Below, one piece after another: positions 14,007 through 27,981 of a stretch of 32,000 nucleotides of DNA. Location: the NCBI RefSeq assembly GCF_052908145.1, contig NZ_CM128602.1; one strand, written 5' to 3'. Position 1 is the first letter of the stretch; each line of letters begins with the position of its first letter. The notes under the pieces are model-generated. The model was not told the DNA's origin and made no database searches. It saw only the letters and a program-made list of their open reading frames with translations. Both the position numbers and the translations under genes were made by a program.

Positions 14007-14169
14007 ATTTGATTTCAGCGGTGTTTTATCCGCACTGAATTCTGGCGTACAGGACGGGGAGCTTTACTGGGCCGTTCTGTATGTCTGGATTGTCTGCTGG
14101 CTTCTTGGCTTTGGCCTTGGTGTTATTTTCACTCTGGTCTGCCGGATGTTCAGCGATGCTGTTAATTAA
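13999..14169 (+). CDS. Small single-TM virion/assembly protein (pIX-like position)
   Basis: 56-aa ORF from ATG13999, overlapping the previous stop by 8 nt, with a hydrophobic core WAVLYVWIVCWLLGFGLGVIFTLV. Confidence 0.45.
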   Translation: MTEFDFSGVLSALNSGVQDGELYWAVLYVWIVCWLLGFGLGVIFTLVCRMFSDAVN

Positions 14170-14175
14170 TTTTAA

Positions 14176-14436
<261 letters not shown>

Positions 14437-14451
14437 TAGTTATTTAACGAC

Positions 14452-14474
14452 AGCGCCCTTCGGGGCGCTTTTTT
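14452..14474 (+). terminator. Rho-independent terminator after the coat gene
   Basis: Stem agcgccc/gggcgct with loop ttcg, followed by T5. It sits directly after the coat gene, as in Ff phages. Confidence 0.8.
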
Positions 14475-14495
14475 AATCATTTCAGGAGTTTTTGC

Positions 14496-15818
14496 TTGAT
14501 TCGTCTTATTTTTCCGTTTCTGTTTTTGTTCTTTTCTTCGCTTTCTTTTGCTGAGGAGAAAGAAGATCCGGATAAGCTTGTTCAGTGTTTTGGCCGTTTC
14601 AACTGCAGAACAGCTTATTCAGATGCGGGAGCATCGATTAAATTAGCCAGGGGAGCTGGTCATATTTATTGTGGTTCCGTTGGTTACGACGCGTGCTCCG
14701 GAATAATTCATTATTGCGGTAGTAAGCTATCAGACTCGTCTAGCGCGCCTTCCACCGTTGGGGTTTTTGTCCATGCCCGGTGGTCCGCATATAAAGTCTG
14801 GGATTTAGAGAAGCGAGAGTGGGAAACCTGCACTCTTGATTTTCAGGGTGGTGAGGGGGATTTGACACCTGAATATAATAAGCCGCCAACTGACGAGATT
14901 TGTCTTTCTCGTCCGGTTCTTGATGGTATGACTTTTCCTGGTGTTTATAAAGGTGATGACGGGACCCGTTATGTTAATGTGCAGGGGTGTATTTATGAGG
15001 CAACCGGCAATCCTTTTATTTGTAATCCCGATGATGATACGGTTTGTACTGCCAACTGGAAACCAGTTGCTGTAGATCCTGCATTCTCCGATGATAAGGA
15101 GGATGGCGGTAGCTCAGGTGGTGGCAGTTCCGGTGGTGGTAACTCAGGCGGCGGTAGCTCAGGTGGTGGCAGTTCTGGCGGTGGTAGCTCAGGTGGTGGC
15201 AGTTCTGGCGGTGGTAGCTCAGGTGGCAGCAGTTCCGGTGGTGGTAACTCAGGCGGCGGCAGCTCAGGTGGTGGCAGTTCTGGCGGTGGTAGCATAGGTG
15301 GTGGCAGTTCCGGTGGCGGTAACTCAGGCGGTGGCAGTTCCTCCGGCGATGGCTGGCTTGATGGTGTTTTGGGCTGGTTACAGCGTATTTGGGTTTCAGT
15401 GAATGATTTGAATAGTTTCTTTTCTTTTTCTCAGGCTGATGTAAATAACTCACTGAATACTTTTGATGGCCAACTGTCTGATATTGTTAAAAATGAATCG
15501 GGGGATTCATCAAATGATTATGATTCTTTAATCTCTGAGTTTATTGATAAGCTACCTAAGGAGTGGTTATTTATTGATTTTGACAAGTTGTTTTTTCCTG
15601 GTAATCAGCGTTTCGATAAGGCTCAGCCACTTGAGGTTGATTTTTCATTTTCTCTTCCGGTGATTGGGACTGTACATTTTACAGTTGATACAACCGATTT
15701 TTCATCAGCGTATGATTTGTTGTTAAGGCCTGTTCTGGAATATTTTATTTATGCACTTACTGTTCTTCGTCTTTATTTTGTTTATCGCCGCGCCCTGATG
15801 CGTCATGCTGAGGTTTAG
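14496..15818 (+). CDS. Minor coat / adsorption protein (pIII-like)
   Basis: TTG14496 lies 7 nt after AGGAG. The product has signal peptide MIRLIFPFLFLFFSSLSFA, a Cys-rich N-terminal domain, a long (GGGSS)n linker and a C-terminal hydrophobic anchor. Confidence 0.8.
   Translation: MIRLIFPFLFLFFSSLSFAEEKEDPDKLVQCFGRFNCRTAYSDAGASIKLARGAGHIYCGSVGYDACSGIIHYCGSKLSDSSSAPSTVGVFVHARWSAYKVWDLEKREWETCTLDFQGGEGDLTPEYNKPPTDEICLSRPVLDGMTFPGVYKGDDGTRYVNVQGCIYEATGNPFICNPDDDTVCTANWKPVAVDPAFSDDKEDGGSSGGGSSGGGNSGGGSSGGGSSGGGSSGGGSSGGGSSGGSSSGGGNSGGGSSGGGSSGGGSIGGGSSGGGNSGGGSSSGDGWLDGVLGWLQRIWVSVNDLNSFFSFSQADVNNSLNTFDGQLSDIVKNESGDSSNDYDSLISEFIDKLPKEWLFIDFDKLFFPGNQRFDKAQPLEVDFSFSLPVIGTVHFTVDTTDFSSAYDLLLRPVLEYFIYALTVLRLYFVYRRALMRHAEV
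15105..15347 (+). repeat. In-frame tandem repeat, about 16 degenerate copies of a 15-bp unit (30-bp super-period), encoding the Gly/Ser linker
   Basis: Units such as ggtggtggcagttctggcggtggtagctca recur every 30 bp. Blocks 15151-15180 and 15181-15210 differ at one base. Confidence 0.95.
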
Positions 15819-15820
15819 TT

Positions 15821-16183
15821 ATGGTTATTTTTATTAATTTCATTTATTCTTTTGTGCTCATTATTTTCAGGAGGTTGCTGCCTTTTCTCAGGAATAAGTT
15901 TCCTTCTGTTTTTCCTTACACGGGTACGTTAACGTATCTTTTTATGTCGATTTCTCTTGCTGTAAGTTTTATTATTGCAGCAAACTCTGTTATTGATACT
16001 GTTTCTTCTTCTGCTGTCATGAACAGGTATCTTATTATTGCGTTCAGCTATTTGCCCCATAACTTTACATTTTGCGCAAACCTCATTATCGCTGCTGATT
16101 TTCTTTCTTTTCTTTTTCACTCAAAGGATCGTATTTATCGATATATTCGCTTGTTTATCTCAGGAAAAATACCGGGAGGCTAA
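15821..16183 (+). CDS. Minor coat protein (pVI-like), multi-TM
   Basis: 120-aa very hydrophobic ORF immediately after the pIII-like gene and before the Zot-like gene. Confidence 0.6.
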   Translation: MVIFINFIYSFVLIIFRRLLPFLRNKFPSVFPYTGTLTYLFMSISLAVSFIIAANSVIDTVSSSAVMNRYLIIAFSYLPHNFTFCANLIIAADFLSFLFHSKDRIYRYIRLFISGKIPGG

Positions 16184-17398
<1,215 letters not shown>

Positions 17399-17407
17399 GA
17401 CAGAAGA

Positions 17408-17467
17408 GATACCGCTCGCCGCAAGTTTATGACCGAACGTAGTGAGCGAATAAACGAGGAAGCGGAA
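17408..17467 (+). other. Candidate single-strand initiation site (PriA/n'-type primosome assembly site-like); possible minus-strand origin
   Basis: Blocks gataccgctcgccgca, agtgagcga and gaggaagcggaa are identical to the pMB1/ColE1 sequence GATACCGCTCGCCGCAGCCGAACGACCGAGCGCAGCGAGTCAGTGAGCGAGGAAGCGGAAG as I recall it from pBR322/pUC. The segment contains the AAGCGG hexamer. Confidence 0.45.
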
Positions 17468-17478
17468 TGTCTTCATGA

Positions 17479-18732
<1,254 letters not shown>

Positions 18733-18780
18733 AGCTTTGTATTAGATTATTACACAAATTATCCCTTGCTCAATATCTAA

Positions 18781-18814
18781 GGTCGTAACAGTCTATTTCT
18801 GTAGCGACCGTTTT
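18781..18814 (+). terminator. Possible terminator downstream of the secretin gene
   Basis: Interrupted stem ggtcgt-aacag / ctgt-agcgacc (about 10 pairs with one mismatch), followed by gtttt. Confidence 0.4.
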
Positions 18815-18920
18815 CTGTAATTGACTTATAAGAACCATTTTGCAACATTGGAGGTTGTTGTATTTTTTTATCCTCTCCGCCTATCTTGTTGGTATATAAT
18901 TTTATATTCTTTTGTTTTAC

Positions 18921-19580
<660 letters not shown>

Positions 19581-19762
19581 AACTTTCCTAACACTCAATT
19601 TTCGGTTAAATTTTGTGCAATCAAAGACAAACATAGTTGCTGTTGATTTGAACAGGGATTATGTCAGGATGAGGGCGCTTTCGCCAGTTGAAGTGGTGAC
19701 GGCAACCTCACATTGTGGCAGTCTTTGCAGCACGAAAATGGAAGTATAATGAGGACAAAATG

Positions 19763-20107
19763 ATGACTATCGTTCGTATCGATGCTGAAGCCCGCTGGTC
19801 TGATGTAGTAATCCACAACAACACGCTCTACTACACTGGTGTACCGGAAAACCTCGACGCCGATGCTTTTGAGCAAACCGCCAACACGCTGGCGCAGATT
19901 GACGCCGTGCTGGAAAAACAGGGCAGCAATAAATCGAGCATTCTGGATGCCACCATTTTCCTGGCTGATAAAAACGACTTCGCGGCGATGAATAAAGCGT
20001 GGGATGCCTGGGTTGTGGCGGGTCATGCGCCGGTGCGCTGCACGGTGCAAGCGGGGCTGATGAACCCGAAGTATAAAGTTGAAATTAAGATTGTGGCTGC
20101 GGTGTAA
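19763..20107 (+). CDS. yoaB: RidA/YjgF-family protein
   Basis: ATG19763 (MTIVRIDAEARWSDVV...) gives the 114-aa YoaB. The track ORF start at 19715 is probably too far upstream. Confidence 0.88.
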   Translation: MTIVRIDAEARWSDVVIHNNTLYYTGVPENLDADAFEQTANTLAQIDAVLEKQGSNKSSILDATIFLADKNDFAAMNKAWDAWVVAGHAPVRCTVQAGLMNPKYKVEIKIVAAV

Positions 20108-20528
20108 GCTTTATCGAAGCAAAATAAGTCAGACGATAATTTATCGATAATACTGGTCGGTTTTACATAAATCGACCAGAGATTAAGATATTACTGTTGA
20201 TGCTCCTGCTAATTCATTATTTATTTTTATAATTTCAATTTTAGCTATAAAGCTAACTATATAAATAAACATAACCATGCCGTTGTGTTCGCCCTTCGAT
20301 TAGCACCTCTGGTTTTCTTTCTTAGCTGAACAATCTGGTTATAGCGTGCGGACTGACCGTTAATTTTCTCCATCTTACTGGATAACACATCATGAGCTGC
20401 TACCTTTAAAACACCTGAATGTCAACAGGTTAACTCGTGCCATATCGTTATAATCCCTTTGATATTAGATGCAAATTAAGGTCATATATAGCCTTATCGA
20501 TAACATGGTTAATTTTAAGGATAAGAAT

Positions 20529-20828
20529 ATGCCTGCTGTAATAGATAAAGCCCTGGATTTCATTGGTGCCATGGATGTATCAGCGCCAACACCAAGTTCG
20601 ATGAATGAAAGCACAGCGAAGGGAATCTTTAAATATTTAAAAGAACTGGGAGTACCCGCGAGTGCCGCTGATATTACGGCGCGAGCTGACCAGGAAGGCT
20701 GGAACCCTGGGTTCACGGAAAAAATGGTTGGATGGGCAAAAAAAATGGAGTCTGGTGAACGCACTGTAATTAAAAATCCTGAATACTTTTCAACATATAT
20801 GCAGGAAGAACTAAAAGCACTGGTCTGA
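20529..20828 (+). CDS. yoaC: DUF1889-family small protein
   Basis: ATG20529 follows AAGGA and gives the 99-aa protein MPAVIDKALDF..., matching my recollection of YoaC. Confidence 0.8.
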   Translation: MPAVIDKALDFIGAMDVSAPTPSSMNESTAKGIFKYLKELGVPASAADITARADQEGWNPGFTEKMVGWAKKMESGERTVIKNPEYFSTYMQEELKALV

Positions 20829-20947
20829 GTTAAATTTATATCAGCATAAATGGGTCAGGACGCTTTTAATCACATATAAAAAGCGTCCTTTTTCTCACAA
20901 TCAAATGATCATCGGCTTCTATAACGAAATCGATACGGATTAGTGTG

Positions 20948-21127
20948 TTACTCGTCTTCATCCTCAAAACGCGCCACGATTCGCTCGCCGGAGTGGTTGG
21001 CACGCAGCTCTTCTGCCACCAGCGCGATTGCCTGGCCGCTGCTCATCCCTTGTGCCATCAGTTCCTGGATCCGCTCGACAGCTTTTTGCTGCTGTTCATG
21101 GGTGAGTGAAGGTAAACCTGCAAACAT
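20948..21127 (-). CDS. yoaH: UPF0181-family small protein (59 aa), below the ORF-track size cutoff
   Basis: Hand translation of the minus strand gives [59 protein letters not shown], with GGAG upstream. The plus-strand track ORF 20943-21143 is its antisense shadow. Confidence 0.8.
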
Positions 21128-21200
21128 TGTTAACTCCTGCTAAATTGTTGGCGCTAATTATTTCATGCTACCCGGCACATAGCCAGTAGAGTCAGGACTG

Positions 21201-22562
21201 ATGAAGACGTTATCTCCCGCTGTGATTACTTTACCCTGGCGTCAGGACGCCGCTGAATTTTATTTCTCCCGCTTAAGCCACCTGCCGTGGGCGATGCTTT
21301 TACACTCCGGCTATGCCGATCATCCGTATAGCCGCTTTGATATTGTGGTCGCCGATCCGATTTGCACTTTAACCACTTTCGGTAAAGAAACCGTTGTTAG
21401 TGAAAGCGAAAAACGCACAACGACCACTGATGACCCGCTACAGGTGCTCCAGCAGGTGCTGGATCGCGCAGACATTCGCCCAACGCATAACGAAGATTTG
21501 CCATTTCAGGGCGGCGCACTGGGGTTGTTTGGCTACGATCTGGGCCGCCGTTTTGAGTCACTGCCAGAAATTGCGGAACAAGATATCGTTCTGCCGGATA
21601 TGGCAGTGGGTATCTACGATTGGGCGCTCATTGTCGACCACCAGCGTCATACAGTTTCTTTGCTGAGTCATAATGATGTCAATGCCCGTCGGGCCTGGCT
21701 GGAAAGCCAGCAATTCTCGCCGCAGGAAGATTTCACGCTCACTTCCGACTGGCAATCCAATATGACCCGCGAGCAGTACGGCGAAAAATTTCGCCAGGTA
21801 CAGGAATATCTGCACAGCGGTGATTGCTATCAGGTGAATCTCGCCCAGCGTTTTCATGCGACCTATTCTGGCGATGAATGGCAGGCATTCCTTCAGCTTA
21901 ATCAGGCCAACCGCGCGCCATTTAGCGCTTTTTTACGTCTTGAACAGGGTGCAATTTTAAGCCTTTCGCCAGAGCGGTTTATTCTTTGTGATAATAGTGA
22001 AATCCAGACCCGCCCGATTAAAGGCACGCTACCACGCCTGCCCGATCCTCAGGAAGATAGCAAACAAGCAGAAAAACTGGCGAACTCAGCGAAAGATCGT
22101 GCCGAAAATCTGATGATTGTCGATTTAATGCGTAATGATATCGGTCGTGTTGCCGTAGCCGGTTCGGTAAAAGTACCAGAGCTCTTCGTGGTGGAACCCT
22201 TCCCTGCCGTGCATCATCTGGTCAGCACTATAACGGCGCGACTACCAGAACAGTTACACGCCAGCGATCTGCTGCGCGCAGCTTTTCCTGGTGGCTCAAT
22301 AACCGGGGCTCCGAAAGTACGGGCTATGGAAATTATCGACGAACTGGAACCGCAGCGACGTAATGCCTGGTGCGGCAGCATTGGCTATTTGAGCTTTTGC
22401 GGCAACATGGATACCAGCATTACTATCCGCACGCTGACTGCCATTAACGGACAAATATACTGCTCTGCGGGCGGTGGAATTGTCGCCGATAGCCAGGAAG
22501 AAGCGGAATATCAGGAAACTTTTGATAAAGTTAATAAGATATTACGCCAACTGGAGAAGTAA
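21201..22562 (+). CDS. pabB: Aminodeoxychorismate synthase component I
   Basis: 453-aa ORF with a chorismate-binding-enzyme C-terminal region (PGGSITGAPK, GGGIVADS). Sequence and position match E. coli PabB. Confidence 0.92.
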   Translation: MKTLSPAVITLPWRQDAAEFYFSRLSHLPWAMLLHSGYADHPYSRFDIVVADPICTLTTFGKETVVSESEKRTTTTDDPLQVLQQVLDRADIRPTHNEDLPFQGGALGLFGYDLGRRFESLPEIAEQDIVLPDMAVGIYDWALIVDHQRHTVSLLSHNDVNARRAWLESQQFSPQEDFTLTSDWQSNMTREQYGEKFRQVQEYLHSGDCYQVNLAQRFHATYSGDEWQAFLQLNQANRAPFSAFLRLEQGAILSLSPERFILCDNSEIQTRPIKGTLPRLPDPQEDSKQAEKLANSAKDRAENLMIVDLMRNDIGRVAVAGSVKVPELFVVEPFPAVHHLVSTITARLPEQLHASDLLRAAFPGGSITGAPKVRAMEIIDELEPQRRNAWCGSIGYLSFCGNMDTSITIRTLTAINGQIYCSAGGGIVADSQEEAEYQETFDKVNKILRQLEK

Positions 22563-22565
22563 GAC

Positions 22566-23144
22566 GTGGAATACCGTAGCCTGACGCTTGATGATTTTTT
22601 ATCTCGCTTTCAACTTTTGCGCCCGCAAATTAACCGGGAAACCCTAAATCATCGTCAGGCTGCCGTGTTAATCCCCATCGTCCGTCGACCGCAACCGGGG
22701 TTGTTGCTGACTCAGCGTTCAATTCATCTGCGTAAACACGCTGGACAAGTGGCATTCCCTGGAGGTGCAGTCGATGACACGGACGCATCAGTTATCGCCG
22801 CCGCGCTGCGCGAAGCTGAAGAAGAGGTCGCTATACCGCCTTCCGCCGTTGAAGTTATCGGCGTGCTGCCGCCCGTCGATAGCGTAACTGGCTATCAGGT
22901 AACCCCAGTGGTCGGCATTATCCCGCCCGATCTGCCGTATCGCGCCAGTGAAGATGAAGTCTCGGCGGTGTTTGAAATGCCGCTCGCCCAGGCATTACAT
23001 CTGGGTCGTTATCACCCTTTAGATATCTACCGCCGTGGCGATTCACATCGGGTATGGCTGTCCTGGTACGAACAGTATTTTGTATGGGGAATGACCGCAG
23101 GCATAATTCGTGAGCTGGCGCTGCAAATTGGTGTGAAACCCTGA
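22566..23144 (+). CDS. nudL: Nudix hydrolase (CoA pyrophosphohydrolase type)
   Basis: GTG start 3 nt after the pabB stop. The 192-aa product carries the Nudix box [25 protein letters not shown]. Confidence 0.88.
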
Positions 23145-23327
23145 CTATACTTATCTTTACATCTACAAAACACTACTTGAGACAATCATCGCAATATTAG
23201 TTAAATCGCGGTTTTTGATTAGTTTAATTCATGTGAATAGTTAAGCCAGTCGCCGCGTTCCCTCTTACACTATGCGCTGTTATTAGTTCGTTACTGGAAG
23301 TCCAGTCACCTTGTCAGGAGTATTATC

Positions 23328-24692
23328 GTGATTAGTCTATTCGACATGTTTAAGGTGGGGATTGGTCCCTCATCTTCCCATACCGTAGGGCCTATGAAGG
23401 CGGGTAAACAGTTCGTCGATGATCTGGTCGAAAAAGGCTTACTGGATAGCGTTACTCGCGTTGCCGTGGACGTTTATGGTTCACTGTCGCTGACGGGTAA
23501 AGGCCACCACACCGATATCGCCATTATTATGGGTCTTGCAGGTAACGAACCTGCCACCGTGGATATCGACAGTATTCCCGGTTTTATTCGCGACGTAGAA
23601 GAGCGCGAACGTCTGCTGCTGGCACAGGGACGGCATGAAGTGGATTTCCCGCGCGACAACGGGATGCGTTTTCATAACGGCAACCTGCCGCTGCATGAAA
23701 ACGGTATGCAAATCCACGCCTATAACGGCGATGAAGTCGTCTACAGCAAAACTTATTATTCCATCGGCGGCGGTTTTATCGTCGATGAAGAACACTTTGG
23801 TCAGGATGCTGCCAACGAAGTGAGCGTGCCGTATCCGTTCAAATCTGCCACCGAACTGCTCGCGTACTGTAATGAAACCGGCTATTCGCTGTCTGGTCTC
23901 GCTATGCAGAACGAACTGGCGCTGCACAGCAAGAAAGAGATCGACGAGTATTTCGCGCATGTCTGGCAAACCATGCAGGCATGTATCGATCGCGGGATGA
24001 ACACCGAAGGTGTACTGCCAGGCCCGCTGCGCGTGCCACGTCGTGCGTCTGCCCTGCGCCGGATGTTAGTTTCCAGCGATAAACTGTCTAACGATCCGAT
24101 GAATGTCATTGACTGGGTAAACATGTTTGCGCTGGCAGTTAACGAAGAAAACGCCGCCGGTGGTCGTGTGGTAACTGCGCCAACCAACGGTGCCTGCGGT
24201 ATCGTTCCGGCAGTGCTGGCTTACTATGACCACTTTATTGAATCGGTCAGCCCGGACATCTATACCCGTTACTTTATGGCAGCGGGCGCGATTGGTGCAT
24301 TGTATAAAATGAACGCCTCTATTTCCGGTGCGGAAGTTGGTTGCCAGGGCGAAGTGGGTGTTGCCTGTTCAATGGCTGCTGCGGGTCTTGCAGAACTGCT
24401 GGGCGGTAGCCCGGAACAGGTTTGCGTGGCGGCGGAAATTGGCATGGAACACAACCTTGGTTTAACCTGCGACCCGGTTGCAGGGCAGGTTCAGGTGCCG
24501 TGCATTGAGCGTAATGCCATTGCCTCTGTGAAGGCGATTAACGCCGCACGGATGGCTCTGCGCCGCACCAGTGCACCGCGCGTCTCGCTGGATAAGGTCA
24601 TCGAAACGATGTACGAAACCGGTAAGGACATGAACGCCAAATACCGCGAAACCTCACGCGGTGGTCTGGCAATCAAAGTCCAGTGTGACTAA
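23328..24692 (+). CDS. sdaA: L-serine deaminase I
   Basis: GTG23328 follows CAGGAG. The 454-aa product begins [23 protein letters not shown]..., as in SdaA. Confidence 0.93.
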   Translation: MISLFDMFKVGIGPSSSHTVGPMKAGKQFVDDLVEKGLLDSVTRVAVDVYGSLSLTGKGHHTDIAIIMGLAGNEPATVDIDSIPGFIRDVEERERLLLAQGRHEVDFPRDNGMRFHNGNLPLHENGMQIHAYNGDEVVYSKTYYSIGGGFIVDEEHFGQDAANEVSVPYPFKSATELLAYCNETGYSLSGLAMQNELALHSKKEIDEYFAHVWQTMQACIDRGMNTEGVLPGPLRVPRRASALRRMLVSSDKLSNDPMNVIDWVNMFALAVNEENAAGGRVVTAPTNGACGIVPAVLAYYDHFIESVSPDIYTRYFMAAGAIGALYKMNASISGAEVGCQGEVGVACSMAAAGLAELLGGSPEQVCVAAEIGMEHNLGLTCDPVAGQVQVPCIERNAIASVKAINAARMALRRTSAPRVSLDKVIETMYETGKDMNAKYRETSRGGLAIKVQCD

Positions 24693-24822
24693 TACTTCTT
24701 ACTCGCCCATCTGCAACGGATGGGCGAATTTATACCCGCTTTCTCGTCTGCTGTAATATTCCCCACTACACTTCCACTGTTGCGTCAGGCGTTTGTCGCC
24801 ATACGCTTACAGGGTGGCCCGC

Positions 24823-26421
24823 ATGCAAAAAGCACAACGGATCATTAAAACCTATCGCCGTAATCGAATGATTGTTTGTACGATTTGCGCACTCGTTACG
24901 CTCGCTTCGACCCTGAGCGTGCGATTTATTTCACAGCGTAACTTAAATCAACAACGGGTAGTACAATTCGCCAATCACGCTGTAGAGGAATTAGATAAAG
25001 TACTGCTTCCCCTACAGGCAGGTAGCGAAGTCTTGCTTCCGCTGATTGGTCTGCCCTGCTCTGTCGCCCATTTGCCATTACGTAAACAGGCGGCAAAACT
25101 CCAAACTGTGCGATCCATTGGCCTGGTGCAAGACGGCACACTCTATTGCTCCAGCATTTTTGGTTATCGCAATGTGCCCGTCGTGGACATTCTGGCTGAA
25201 CTTCCTGCACCGCAACCACTTTTACGCCTGACGATCGACCGTGCCCTGATTAAAGGCAGTCCGGTTTTGATTCAATGGACGCCTGCAGCGGGCAGTAGCA
25301 ATGCTGGGGTCATGGAGATGATTAACATCGACTTACTGACGGCAATGCTCCTTGAGCCACAACTGCCGCAAATCAGTAGCGCCAGCCTGACGGTGGACAA
25401 ACGGCATTTGCTCTATGGTAATGGGCTGGTAGATTCCCTTCCGCAACCTGAAGACAATGAAAACTATGAGGTTTCTTCGCAACGCTTTCCTTTTACCATT
25501 AACGTTAATGGTCCGGGGGCTACGGCGCTGGCATGGCACTATCTTCCAACACAATTACCGCTGGCGGTGCTGCTAAGTTTACTGGTGGGCTACATCGCCT
25601 GGCTGGCGACCGCTTACCGGATGAGCTTTTCCCGCGAAATCAATCTGGGCCTGGCGCAACATGAGTTCGAATTGTTCTGTCAGCCTTTGCTTAATGCGCG
25701 CAGCCAGCAATGTATTGGTGTAGAGATTTTGCTGCGCTGGAATAATCCGCGTCAGGGCTGGATTTCACCGGATGTGTTTATTCCTATCGCGGAAGAACAT
25801 CATTTAATTGTGCCACTGACCCGCTATGTGATGGCAGAAACCATTCGTCAGCGCCATGTTTTCCCGATGAGTAGTCAGTTTCATGTTGGCATTAACGTCG
25901 CACCCAGCCATTTTCGCCGTGGTGTGCTGATAAAAGATCTCAATCAGTACTGGTTTAGTGCTCACCCGATTCAGCAACTGATCCTCGAAATCACCGAACG
26001 CGATGCCTTACTGGATGTTGATTATCGGATTGCCCGCGAGCTACATCGTAAAAACGTCAAACTGGCGATTGATGACTTCGGCACCGGCAACAGTTCATTT
26101 TCCTGGCTTGAAACATTACGTCCTGACGTGCTGAAAATTGATAAGTCATTTACCGCAGCTATAGGTTCTGACGCGGTTAACTCGACGGTGACCGATATCA
26201 TCATCGCGCTGGGGCAAAGACTGAATATTGAACTGGTGGCGGAGGGCGTGGAAACGCAAGAACAGGCGAAGTATTTGCGCCGTCATGGCGTGCATATTTT
26301 GCAAGGGTATTTGTACGCACAGCCGATGCCGCTACGTGATTTTCCCAAATGGCTGGCGGGCAGCCAACCGCCGCCCGCCCGGCATAATGGACATATCACG
26401 CCCATTATGCCGTTACGTTAA
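24823..26421 (+). CDS. pdeD: c-di-GMP phosphodiesterase (CSS-motif periplasmic domain plus EAL domain)
   Basis: ATG24823 (MQKAQRIIKTYRR...) gives 532 aa. It has two TM segments flanking a periplasmic domain and a C-terminal EAL-type domain (CQPL...GVEILLRW, DDFGTG). Confidence 0.88.
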   Translation: MQKAQRIIKTYRRNRMIVCTICALVTLASTLSVRFISQRNLNQQRVVQFANHAVEELDKVLLPLQAGSEVLLPLIGLPCSVAHLPLRKQAAKLQTVRSIGLVQDGTLYCSSIFGYRNVPVVDILAELPAPQPLLRLTIDRALIKGSPVLIQWTPAAGSSNAGVMEMINIDLLTAMLLEPQLPQISSASLTVDKRHLLYGNGLVDSLPQPEDNENYEVSSQRFPFTINVNGPGATALAWHYLPTQLPLAVLLSLLVGYIAWLATAYRMSFSREINLGLAQHEFELFCQPLLNARSQQCIGVEILLRWNNPRQGWISPDVFIPIAEEHHLIVPLTRYVMAETIRQRHVFPMSSQFHVGINVAPSHFRRGVLIKDLNQYWFSAHPIQQLILEITERDALLDVDYRIARELHRKNVKLAIDDFGTGNSSFSWLETLRPDVLKIDKSFTAAIGSDAVNSTVTDIIIALGQRLNIELVAEGVETQEQAKYLRRHGVHILQGYLYAQPMPLRDFPKWLAGSQPPPARHNGHITPIMPLR

Positions 26422-26424
26422 TGC

Positions 26425-27981
26425 TTACTCATCTTCATCGTGCGCCGGTTGCTCTTTAACAATGCGAACCAGATCAACACGATAATCATTGGCTTCAATG
26501 ATGGTGATATGCAGTGGCCCTACATCAATCACATCGCCCACACGGGGAATGTGACCATTTGCCGAGATCACGAGGCCCGCGACCGTCGCGATATCATCGT
26601 CATCGGCAAGGTGCTCAACATCAAGCGCCTGCTGCAAGGCATGCAAATCTGTACCGCCTTTTACCAGCCAGCCGTCACCATCAGTAATGATTTCCGGCGT
26701 TTCGTCAGCGTCCGGGAATTCACCCGCAATGGCTTCCAGCACATCCAGCGGCGTGACCAGACCTTGTACCACACCAAACTCGTTGGTCACGATAACAAAG
26801 CTCCCGCGAGCACGACGCAGCACGCCCAACAGGTTGATCGGATCGAGGGTTTCCGGGACGATAATCGCCGGAGACGCCGAAGCAATCGCCGCCACATCAA
26901 CGCCCTCTTCCAGCGCCACCAGCAGTTCTTTAGCACGTACAATACCGATGATTTCATCCAGTTCACCGCGACATACCGGGAACAGACTGTGCGGTGAAGA
27001 GAGCAGTTGCTCGCGGATTTCATCGACCCCGAGATTAGCGTCAACCCAGCTTATTTCACCGCGCGGCGTCATGATCCCGCGCAGAGAACGCGACGCCAGC
27101 GTCAGTACGCCGTTAATCATGTAACGTTCTTCTTCGGCAAATGCACCTTCCGGGATCGGCATCGGCATCGGGTTATCGGCATCGTGCTGAACATTGGCCT
27201 GACGTTTCCCGCCCATCAAACGCAGGATGGCATCGGCAGTACGCGCTCGCAGCGGCAAAGTCGACTGGTGGCGAATAAAGTTGCGACGCGCAATCTGGTT
27301 AAACACTTCGATGATGATCGAGAAGCCAATCGCGGCATACAGGTAACCTTTCGGAATGTGGAAACCGAAACCTTCTGCCACCAGACTCAGACCAATCATT
27401 AACAGGAAGCTCAGACAGAGCACCACCACCGTGGGGTGCTGGTTAACGAATCGCGTCAGCGGTTTGGATGCCAGCAACATAACCGCCATCGCAATCACTA
27501 CCGCCGCCATCATCACCGGCAGATGGTTAACCATCCCTACTGCAGTAATTACCGCATCCAACGAGAAGACGGCGTCAAGGATGACAATCTGTGTGACGAC
27601 CACCCAGAAACTGGCGTAGCCTTTACCGTGGCCGGAATCATGATCGCGGTTTTCCAGCCGTTCATGCAGTTCGGTTGTTGCTTTGAACAGCAAGAATATC
27701 CCCCCGAACAACATAATCAGGTCGCGTCCGGAGAAGGAGAAATCCATGACGGTAAATAGCGGTTTGGTCAGCGTGACCATCCATGAAATTAGCGACAGCA
27801 GCCCCAGACGCATAATCAGCGCCAGTGATAACCCCAGCAAACGCGCTTTATCGCGTTGTTTTGGCGGCAGTTTGTCAGCAAGAATGGCGATGAAGACCAG
27901 GTTATCGATACCCAGCACAATTTCGAGAACAACAAGCGTGAGTAGCCCCGCCCAAATTGAGGGGTCCATTAAGAATTCCAT
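26425..27981 (-). CDS. yoaE: TerC-family membrane protein with CBS pair and CorC/HlyC C-terminal domain
   Basis: 518-aa ORF with a multi-TM N-terminal half followed by soluble CBS-like repeats. Sequence and position match E. coli YoaE. Confidence 0.88.
   Translation of the reverse strand: MEFLMDPSIWAGLLTLVVLEIVLGIDNLVFIAILADKLPPKQRDKARLLGLSLALIMRLGLLSLISWMVTLTKPLFTVMDFSFSGRDLIMLFGGIFLLFKATTELHERLENRDHDSGHGKGYASFWVVVTQIVILDAVFSLDAVITAVGMVNHLPVMMAAVVIAMAVMLLASKPLTRFVNQHPTVVVLCLSFLLMIGLSLVAEGFGFHIPKGYLYAAIGFSIIIEVFNQIARRNFIRHQSTLPLRARTADAILRLMGGKRQANVQHDADNPMPMPIPEGAFAEEERYMINGVLTLASRSLRGIMTPRGEISWVDANLGVDEIREQLLSSPHSLFPVCRGELDEIIGIVRAKELLVALEEGVDVAAIASASPAIIVPETLDPINLLGVLRRARGSFVIVTNEFGVVQGLVTPLDVLEAIAGEFPDADETPEIITDGDGWLVKGGTDLHALQQALDVEHLADDDDIATVAGLVISANGHIPRVGDVIDVGPLHITIIEANDYRVDLVRIVKEQPAHDEDE

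Noticed and set aside
14993-15453. Three ORFs (100, 145 and 68 aa) with PELPP / HRNCH / VAVAQV repeats on both strands
   Set aside because: They are alternative-frame and antisense readings of the GGN/AGC tandem repeat that encodes the pIII Gly/Ser linker. They have no independent start signals. The array is also not CRISPR-like, since it has no unique spacers and is in-frame coding.
20257-20373. 38-codon minus-strand ORF (MEKINGQSARYNQIVQLRKKTRGANRR...) in the AT-rich yoaB-yoaC spacer
   Set aside because: It has a weak RBS and no recognisable family. The spacer probably holds the yoaC promoter (gttataat at about 20447). It may be a gene remnant, but that cannot be supported from sequence alone.
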